The notes beneath the pieces were generated by a model. The model had not been told where the DNA came from. It did no database searches and saw only the letters and a list, made by a program, of their open reading frames with translations. Shown in pieces: positions 33,050 through 41,668 of a DNA stretch of 41,668 bases. Made by a program: the position numbers and the translations under genes. The DNA lies in the NCBI GenBank assembly GCA_049999805.1, contig JBNGIO010006409.1:1-41668 (forward strand). The letters are read 5' to 3'. Each line of letters begins with the position of its first letter. Position 1 is the first letter of the stretch. This DNA comes from Folioceros fuciformis (Eukaryota).

Positions 33050-34159
33050 CTACCAAATAAGTGATTTGTCTAGTGTCATGTATCTACTACAATCCACCAA
33101 ACCAAGCCCTTCTATGTGAAAACAATGTTTGAACTTAGGCAAGGACTTGGTTAGGACATCTGCTGTGTTGTGGTCGGTAGGTATATATTGAACCTTGACG
33201 ATACCTCTCTCACCAGCATCCCTAATATAATGATGTTGAATTTCTATATGCTTGGTGCGTGCATGGAAGACGGGGTTAGCAACCAAAGCAATTGCTGACA
33301 TGTTGTCACAATGCAAGATTGTTGGCCCTTCTTGCTTCATACCCAAGTCTTCACAAAGCTTCCTTTCCCACTTAGCCTCCTTAGTGGCTTCGGTGAGTGC
33401 CTTGTACTCAGACTCAGTGGAAGACAGGGAGATGGCTGCTTGTTTTCTACATGACCAATTAACTACAGAGGAGTTGGCCAAAAAACAATAAGCTGATATA
33501 CTTTTTCGGGTGTCTGCATCGGAAGCCCAATCTGCATCTACGTAACAAGTTAGTTGCAGATGCTTCTTCCCGCTTGGCATATAGTAAAGGCCATAATTAG
33601 GTGTACCCTTAAGGTACCTCGTAATTCGCTTGATAGCAACGTAATGATCCTTTCCTGGGTTTCCAGTGAATTGGGCAACAACATTGACTGTGTTGGATAT
33701 ATCGGGTCTTGTCTGATTACTCAGGAACATGAGGGTGCCAACTACCATGCGATAAGGAATATTCTCCATCTCCTTCTTGTCTTCTTCAGATTGGGGACAT
33801 GAGGCAGATGAGAGCTTGACTCCAAACGCACCTGGGGTGTTTGACGCCCTAGCATTCTCCATGTTGAAGCGTTTGAGCATACCGGCTACATATCTACCTT
33901 GGTGAAGATAGATAGCACTTGTGGTATCCCTATGTACATGCATGCCAAGGATATACTTGACCTTTCCTAGGTCCTTCATCTCGAATTCCCTGCTGAGATA
34001 AGCTTTTATCTTCTTGACGAGTTCAACGTTATTGCTTGCAATGACTAAGTCATCCACGTAGAGTGCAACTAGAACAAGTGAGCTATCCTTGCGTAGCACA
34101 TAAATATTAGTATCTGCTTCACTTTGAACAAAACCTATTTTCTTAAGAGATGAATCCAT
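33050..34159 (-). CDS. Copia C RT C-terminal half plus RNase H (open fragment)
   Basis: LYVDDL, MKDLG, TRPDI, YVDADWA, SLSSTESEY, CDNMSAI, RTKHIEI, ADVLTK. Confidence 0.95.
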   Translation of the reverse strand: MDSSLKKIGFVQSEADTNIYVLRKDSSLVLVALYVDDLVIASNNVELVKKIKAYLSREFEMKDLGKVKYILGMHVHRDTTSAIYLHQGRYVAGMLKRFNMENARASNTPGAFGVKLSSASCPQSEEDKKEMENIPYRMVVGTLMFLSNQTRPDISNTVNVVAQFTGNPGKDHYVAIKRITRYLKGTPNYGLYYMPSGKKHLQLTCYVDADWASDADTRKSISAYCFLANSSVVNWSCRKQAAISLSSTESEYKALTEATKEAKWERKLCEDLGMKQEGPTILHCDNMSAIALVANPVFHARTKHIEIQHHYIRDAGERGIVKVQYIPTDHNTADVLTKSLPKFKHCFHIEGLGLVDCSRYMTLDKSLIW

Positions 34160-34755
34160 TCTCTCATACCACAGTCGTGGGCTTGCTTATGGCCATAAAT
34201 TGAGTGATTAAGTGTACACACCTTTTGTGGACAAATCTTATCTTCGTAATCCTCGGGTTGATCCATGTAGATCTCTTCCTTGAGATGACCATAGAGAAAG
34301 GTTGTACACACATCAAGCTAATAGATCTCCAAGTTTAGTTCAGCACATAAAGCAAGGAGCATTCTAACTGATGCAGCCTTGACGACGGGTGAGTAGACCT
34401 TATCACCTTGATAATCCACTCCCTCCTTTTGACTATATCCCTTAGCTAATAATCTTGACTTGTAGCGAATTCGTGGCTCTACTTCCTGGAACTTAGTTTT
34501 AAGAACCCATTTGCACTTGACAGTGGTCCTACCCTTAGGCAGACTAACGAAAGTCTAAGTGTTGTTTTTAAGTAATGAGTTGTACTCATCATCAATAGCT
34601 AGCTTCCATTTGGCTCCCTCAGGTCCCGAGTATGCATCTTGTAAGGTTAAAGGATCTCCCTCTGTAGCAGAAACACTTAAGGCATAGAGAGCATCCAAAG
34701 AATTAACATAGGTTAAACTAGCTTGATTAAACTCAATATCAAATGGTTGTTCCTT

Positions 34756-35475
34756 CTACAGATGCCTAAGCTGGCGCACACGAGTAGGATATCTATGCTC
34801 AAGAGCAGCCGGGGGCCTAGGTGGGGATGGAGGAGTGACAGGTGCTTGAGGAATATCATGGGGCACCACGTGTTCAAAATCNNNNNNNNNNGACTCAGGA
34901 GCGGGCTGCACTTGGGGAGCAGAACTAGCAACTGGCGGCACCAAAATTGCTTGAGGGATAGGAGCCATAGGAGGAGGAGGAACACCACCAGTCAGAAAAG
35001 TAAAGGTCTGAACAAAGGGATCAATAGAAGTATCACCAAAAGAGCGAGGAGTGCTCGAGCCAAAGGAAGCACCATCTTGCACGTCAAGAGGAGGCTCAAA
35101 TGACGTCACAAGAGTAGGCACTATCTTAGCTTCATCAAAGGTGACAGTGCGGGCGTAGATAGGAATCCGAGAGTCCAAGTCCACGAGCTTGTAGGCTTTG
35201 CGGTCATCGCCATAACCGACAAACACCAACTTGCGAGCACGAGCATCAAGCTTGTCGCGAAGCTGTGATGGGACAAGAGCATAGGCAGGGCAACCAAAAA
35301 CACGAAGATGTGAAATTAAAGGCTTGCTCCCATGCCAACACTCATATGGAGTACGGCCATAAACCGACTTGGTGAGGACTCTATTCTTAATGTACACTGC
35401 AGTAGACATAGCCTCAGCCCAAAAGGACTTGGGTAGCTGAGACTGTGCCAACATAGCACGAGCCATGGACATCAA
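34756..35475 (-). pseudogene. Copia C integrase C-terminal part
   Basis: MARAML..SQLPKSFWAEA...TPYECWHG.KP..HLRVFGC.AY...R.KLD.RA. Confidence 0.92.
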
Positions 35476-38094
35476 ATCGCCATAGGCCTTCTCAGCAACG
35501 CCGTTCTGCTCAAAAGTCTAGGGCACTGTAAATTGACGCAAGACACCACGCTGCTCGCAAAAGTCGCAAAACTAATGGTTGTTGAGTTCTCCCGCATTAT
35601 CGAAGCGAATACACCGAAGTGTACGGCAAGTTTGTAACTCAGCCATAGTAACAAAGGGTGAGAACACATTAAACGAGTCACTCTTAAGACAGATAGGAAA
35701 CGCAAACGTATATCGAATGAAGTCATCCACAACAGTCATAAAGTGATCTGCCTAAAGACGAGACAGGGAGAGGACCACATAAATCTACATGGACCAAATC
35801 AAGAGGTGCCAAAGACTGACGAGCAAGAAGAGTAGGATAAGAGGAACTTCGCTGTTTAGCAAGGACACAAGCTTCGCAGAGAGGCTTTGTTGACGGAAGC
35901 TTAGGAAGTTTGTCCTAGTACAAGTCTTACTGGGAGTTGGCAAGCAATCGAGCAGGGTTGAGGTGCGCGAGCCGGCAATGCCACAAGAGAGCTGCACCTA
36001 GATGCGAGCTCCTATAAGGCTGGTCTCCGTGAGAGGAAACCACCGTAGAGGCAGCCGCTAAAAGCACGGGCTTGCTTGAAAAGACATATAAATCATGACA
36101 AGGACGACCTTTAGCAACAATAACCCGTGGGTTAGAAGTCCGAGATAACAGACAGCCTCCAGGGCCAAAGTTAAGGCGAAAGGATCCGTCCTGCACAGAT
36201 GTCTAACAGAGATAAGATTCTTGGCCATGTGGGGAACATGTAGCACATTAGTAAGAAATAGCAAGGAACCATCATCCAAAGTGAAGGTGAGGGAACCATG
36301 TCCCACAATAGAAAGACCAGAGTCATCCCCAAGCAGCACGGAACGCCGAGTATTAGCAGACGCTGCATACGTAGCGAACATCGACTTGTGACTATAGATA
36401 TGTGCTAACGCGGCAGAATCTATCAGCCAGGAACTCTTGTACTCAAAGGTCACAAGACAAACAGTGAGAGCAACGCCAGGGTTAGAATGGTTCTTGGACT
36501 TAGTCGAAACCACCATGGTATTTGCCGTGCGAGGCTCGCGCTTGGCCTCACCAACTTGCTTCTTCTTGCAATCCCTTTCCCAATGACCTGGGGACTGGCA
36601 CTAGTTGCACGTATCTTGCCACCTTGGTGTCTTCGACAAAGAGGGTGCTGAGGAAGCAGGCTTAGAAGTACCTGTGGAGTTATTCCTTCAATTGTTATTA
36701 TTATAAGAATTCTTACGCTGCGATTGCCGTCCTTTGGAGACGAACATGACCCTCTCTCCTCCATGTTTGGAAGTCCCGATATTGAACCTGGCAGACTCCT
36801 CTTGAAGGAGTGCTCCAGCGATCTCGGACACGGTGATGTTGGGAACCATACCCAACTGCACAACCTGATGTGCATTTCTCACCATTTGGTTTTGAGAGGA
36901 GACAAATGTATGGTAGCTAGCCAGGAGGCTAGCCAATAACTAAATAGCAGCTTCAAATTCGGTGATGGTTGTCCCAAGAGCAGCAAAGAACTTGCAAATA
37001 TCAAAACTTGCTAACGTGCTGAGCAACGTTGTCATTGGGGCCCATGCGCAAAGAATAGAATTCTAGGCGTATCGTGACCAGCGTCATCACGTTCGTGGAC
37101 TGATAGATGTCAGTGATTTGCTTCCAAGCTTCAACAGATGTGGACGCACCATCAGTGTGATGTAAGGTAACCTTGTCGAGGCCAGAGATCAACATTTGCA
37201 TAGCCTATCAATCTTGACGAACCCAAGCATCAATGACAGCCGGATTAGCAGAGGGCTTGGGAATGGTTCCCTCCACAATGGGGAGAAGATCTCGACTGTT
37301 GAGCATAGTCTTCATGCGCTTTGACCACACCTCAAACTTCGTACCGTTAAATCTATCCTTTTCCTTGAAGACATGTCTGTATTGATATTAACGATGTTGA
37401 AGTAAGGTTGAAGTGGGGGGATACCAACTGGGGGTGGAGGCGGTGGGTTGCCTGCTGAGCCAACAAAAGGTGGTGGGTTGATGGTTTGCCCACCTAGAGG
37501 TGGTGTGGGTGGTGACGAGGGTCTTGATCCTAGCCTTGGAGACCGAAGAAGCCCCGACCCAGAGGTAGAAGCGCTTGACATCTATTGTGGATTTTAAACC
37601 AAAGCGTAAGCCGATGATACGTTATGACACAACGCCGAGAGTACGAGTGAAAGAAGAATCACAAGAGATTATGTAATAAAAGTACTACCCTTCATCTTTT
37701 AGAATCCACCCACCACAATTATTTCCTCCCTGTGGTGAGGAATGTGCAGCTGACTCTTCATTAAGCAAAAACAGCCTTTGCTCAAGCTTTCAAAAATAAA
37801 AAATAAAATCAGAACACTGTTTGCCAAGTTCAGGCCTTCCTCCTCGCAAATCCTGGGCCTGCTGTGGCTCCCACGGCCTGGTTGCGTCCAGTAGTTACTG
37901 CTCCTCTTGAGTCTCTCTCCCTCTCGCGCCTCTCACGCGCTCTTGTGCCTGTGGCGCCTGTTGCGGCTTCCTATGCCGCCTACGCTGCTGCACCTCCTGC
38001 GCCTCTCAAAGGCTTGCATTGCTTGCCACCTTCACGCTCACGGCCATAGCCTCAAACCTCCGCCATAGCCACCATGGCCGCCAACGCTCTCTTT

Positions 38095-38107
38095 GGCTCT
38101 GATACCA
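38095..38107 (-). promoter_or_regulatory. Copia C primer binding site (Met-i tRNA)
   Basis: GGCTCTGATACCA immediately adjacent to the LTR terminus. Confidence 0.92.
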
Positions 38108-38238
38108 TGTTGGAAAAGCACCACAAGCTAAGATGGACTCCACAGTACATTCCTTATGGTGCACAGGATGCTACATATATAGCCTTTAGGCGGGGCAACC
38201 CTCGATAAGGTAAGCCTTAGTCACGAGGGTGCAATATC

Positions 38239-40708
38239 TGTGGGGTTAAAATATGGTACCCAGGGGTACCGTGAGGTCCACACAAGCCCTCTATGTCGTT
38301 GTAGCTCTGGGATTCGATCCCAAGGGAATGATTAGTGTTAAACTACACAGGTTAGCTTCTAAAGTCAATTAGCACCTAAACTCGACTGACCCACGCACAC
38401 ACGTCCAGTGCTCGGTCCTTACCCAGCCCCCTTACTTCTCCCACTAGACGACTCTCCTACCACCCAGTCGCACCAGGGACTACCTCCCCCTAGACTACTC
38501 TTGGTGGCCCACCGGACTACCCTCCGTTCCCCAATGGACTACTATTGTCGTCTTTCGGGCTACCACTCGTGGGTCCCACTCCCTCTCTCTTTCTCTCTCT
38601 AGGATTTTCTCTCTCTCCGAGTCGTCCCTACCCGACTGTTTTCTCGCGCTTTCCCTTTTGCGCTTTCCTTCCTTGGTTCTCCACAAAATAGCCTCTCACC
38701 CTCAGGATCAAACGCGCACACATATGAACAGCAACAATCTGCCGGTCGCCTTCCACCCGTGTGATTTCACACTCTAGGTACACCCTCTGCAGTCTCAAAT
38801 CAACTTCCTCAAAGTCTCTCCAGTCTCATCGCGACTAGTTACTCATACACACCACGTCTCGTTACACATTACTCACCTCGCTTCTAGGGTTTCTCCGGCT
38901 TCGTTCTCCACTCACCAGTTTTCGATATACATTCTCCTCGTCTCTGGTTACTCGCTTCTCCTCTTTCTCACACACGCGCACCCTCGTGCTTCTTCTTATC
39001 CAATCCTCCGTCTTCTTTCTCAGCAATGCCCCTCCTGGGCTTCCATGAACATTGAGGAATGGTGAGGTACCGGAGCTAAGGGAAGAGGGACCTCTTGCAC
39101 TCCGAACTCGCGGATTTGGCTCCGACACCCACACCACCCACGTGACCACTCCGAGGATAGCTGGGGAGCTTCTCTCCCACTCGGCGAGGCTCCTCCTCCC
39201 GATTCGTCCCCGGACCTGATCACGGAGCGCCCACCACCTACACCCGCACCCCAAGTTGCTACGTGCGCTCGCTTGCCTGGACCTCCTGTCCAGCAATAGC
39301 CATCGCTAGGTTCCTGCAAGGTCGACTGCTCGGTTGGTGTTTTGCTACTTCCATAGGCCTTCAAACCGGCCTCTTGTACACGGTGATGGCGGTTTTTCCG
39401 CCATAAAGTCTGTCAGGCAAGGGGCTGCGCTCTTAAATTTCTGAGCGACTTGGGTCCGAATAAAGCACGCTAAAAAAAACTATTCTAGCCTGCATTTACT
39501 ATCGCCCTGTCCTACGCCGCTGGCGGCTTCCTCCTGGCCTTCGCACGTCACCCCTCGCTACTCCTCCTCTCGCTCTTCTGCCCCTCCGTTGATCCGGCAG
39601 GTCCTCCCAAAGGATCTTCACATCACTGCTGCTGCTGCTGGGCCTGGCTGGCGGTGCAGGTGGGTCCCGCCACTATGGTCCACCACGCCTCTTCAAGGAC
39701 TCTAGCACCAGCCCCCCTTCCTCCTGTTGGTCGCGCCCGTAGACCCTCCTGACCAACTCCAAGTTCCATTCATGGGGTCTGCCTCTGATCCCCTCCTCGC
39801 GTACGGACTCTATTAGCCTCAGGGCGCACTCCCTAACCAGCTGAGGTGCTGCATGGTTCCACTTCTGGGTCATAAAAGTCAGACCCAGCTCTGCCACCAA
39901 TTTTCCTGCCCTGACTCTCCAATGCTCCATGTTGGGCCACATAAGTAGGTCGATTTGGGAGACAGGAGGTCCCCTCTCCTGTCTAGAGGCTGCTGCTCCA
40001 GGGATCAGTTCAGGCCCCGACCTCATCCTACCTGTCCCCCTCCTCTCGCGCTCGGACTCAGAACTCTTCTGTCCTGGTCGCGCTCTGGCCCTTCCTCTGT
40101 TCGACCAGATCCCTCCACCGCTTGCGCCTTGGAGGTCTTCCACTCCTCTGCGCCTGCTCGACCCTTACGCCCTGCGCCGTCTGTCCCGTCGTCCTGGCGA
40201 TTTCGCCTTCCTCAGCCACTTTACGCTTCAAGTTACTCCCGCTCCCCACGCTTCCGGATACTGGACAAAGCTCCCCTTTCTCTAGGGTTTTAATACCCTG
40301 CCTGCTTTCTCTTCTTACTGCCCATCGGGCTACCACCAGTCGTTCCTCCGGCGACGGTTGCCCTGCCGGCTACCGTCGCCCCGTCGTCTCGGCCCTTACT
40401 TTGGCCTACCTTAATGTTCTCAAGGACTCGAGGGTCAGGGAGGCACTCGCTGCTTCCTCCTTCCTCCTTGTCCCGATCTCCAGTACACCCCAAACCCCGA
40501 AGCCCAAGGTGGACTTTCGGTATAAACACCCTGGTCTTACTCGCTTACTAAGCCGATTCGCTTGTCCCTTCACAAAAAGAATCACAACCTGCTCATTCCG
40601 TCGCTCAAAATGGGGATTCCGAAAGTTTTTTCCGTTCACAATATCCTGGTATAACCTGGTATCACTTAGGTGGTAGATAACTACGAGTTCAATATGGGAT
40701 AATCTACA
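38239..40708. mobile_element. Long solo LTR 3 (2,470 bp) inserted in the Copia C 5' LTR
   Basis: TGTGGGG...ATCTACA, near-TSD ATATC/CTATC (4 of 5), shared terminal motif. Confidence 0.75.
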
Positions 40709-41668
40709 CTATCCTAAGTGTTGTATGCTCTTAATAACAATTCAGTTAGAGCTTGATTTCTAACAAAATGTTGTCTTGATGTCAAGTTGCATTAATTCAT
40801 AGTCATGGTGAGATGCTAAAGCTACAAGAATCCTAAGTGAGGTTATCTTAAGTATATGACTAAAAGTTTCATTATAATCAAATCCGTACTTTTGAGAATA
40901 TCCCTTTGCCACTAGTCTAGCTTTATATCTTTCTATGCTACCATCAGCATTTAACTTAATTTTAAAAGTCCACTTAGAGCCTACTAATTTTCTATCCTTA
41001 GGTAGACTAGTTAGGGTTCAAGTCTTATTAGCTTGTAGGGATTCTAATTCTAATTTAATTGCCTTTTTCCAGTGTTCCTTTTATGTGCATGTCATGTCTT
41101 CGTGATAATTGGCTGGAACAAATTGATCTATGGCTGCATGGAGGCAATAGGCTAAAGTGTTCTTAGGGTCCCGCCAATTAGTGGGGGAATATCTATTAAT
41201 TTTACTTGCATTATGTCTTTGAGGACGCCTGCCTCTTGTGTCAACGGGGTTGTCTTGTTGTGGAGTGTCCTCAATGTCCTCGTGAAGAGGATCTTCAACA
41301 GCTTGAGTATATGTAGGTTGAATGATGGAGTTAGGATCATTATTTAAATTCAAATACAATTTCCCATTTGCTTTTGGGGTCCTCGGTCGAGGGTGAGAGC
41401 CGGGCATCAAGTTGTGTGGCCGAGAGTCGCCCCGTGTGTCTATCTCAAATGCTTGGTAGAAAATACTCGTATCTACCGGTTCATGATGGCCGTGAGGGCA
41501 CGCTCCCGAGGATGTGCCGCCGTTGTGCGGATCTGGATGGCTAATTGGTTGCTAGGTGTGTGCTTCTTGCCGTGTGTAGACGTGTGGGCCTACTGTTGAT
41601 GAATGTGTGCCTGCTGAGTGCCCTCCGTGCTGGAAATGTCGTTGGCTATCCTCATCCTGGAGCGCTTC
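38602..41668. repeat. Long direct repeat, copy 2 of 1-3067, including the Copia C/Copia A junction and Copia A RT (40766-41668)
   Basis: Identical ORF set and matching sequence at offset 38,601. Confidence 0.97.

Larger units (their letters stand above)
8812..34891. other. Five 10-N assembly gaps: 8812-8821, 13165-13174, 19895-19904, 22915-22924, 34882-34891
   Basis: Runs of N in the sequence. Confidence 0.99.
32946..40765 (-). mobile_element. Ty1/Copia element C, degenerate, 3' LTR missing, 5' LTR split by solo LTR 3
   Basis: PBS at 38095-38107; LTR termini at 38108 (TGTTGG) and 40765 (CTAACA); gag, knuckle remnant (~36570-36610), protease WLIDSAA, LWHCRLAH, integrase, RT and RNase H in Copia order. 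Confidence 0.92.

Noticed and set aside
38294-38325. A real tRNA gene
   Set aside because: Too short; D and anticodon arms are absent, so no cloverleaf can form.
1-41668. Whole window as one giant LTR element with 3-kb LTRs
   Set aside because: The repeats have no TG..CA ends, PBS or PPT, run off both window edges, and contain nested junctions plus Copia RT sequence.

Overview
Repeat-rich land-plant nuclear DNA with five 10-N scaffold gaps. About 75% is a nest of decayed LTR retrotransposons: three Ty1/Copia elements (A, B, C), one TSD-bounded chromodomain Ty3/Gypsy element, and four long (2.4-4.6 kb) solo-LTR-like inserts sharing a conserved terminal motif. A host-derived island (~19.0-26.3 kb) holds a scrambled starch branching enzyme 3 (SBE3/BE1-clade) gene in three pieces. 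Two pieces form a ~1.3 kb inverted repeat, and its loop carries the only long intact non-TE ORF: an intronless 348-aa protein with a transit-peptide-like N-terminus, 14-aa coiled-coil repeats and an unassigned C-terminal domain. The island also has a 3' fragment of a non-specific phospholipase C gene, and PPR-like remnants lie nearby. The first 3,067 bp recur apparently identically as the last 3,067 bp (period 38,601 bp), so the window looks like one unit of a tandem amplicon or circle, or an assembly overlap. Two solo LTRs with non-matching flanks are candidate recombination junctions. All homology calls are by eye from remembered protein motifs; no searches were run.
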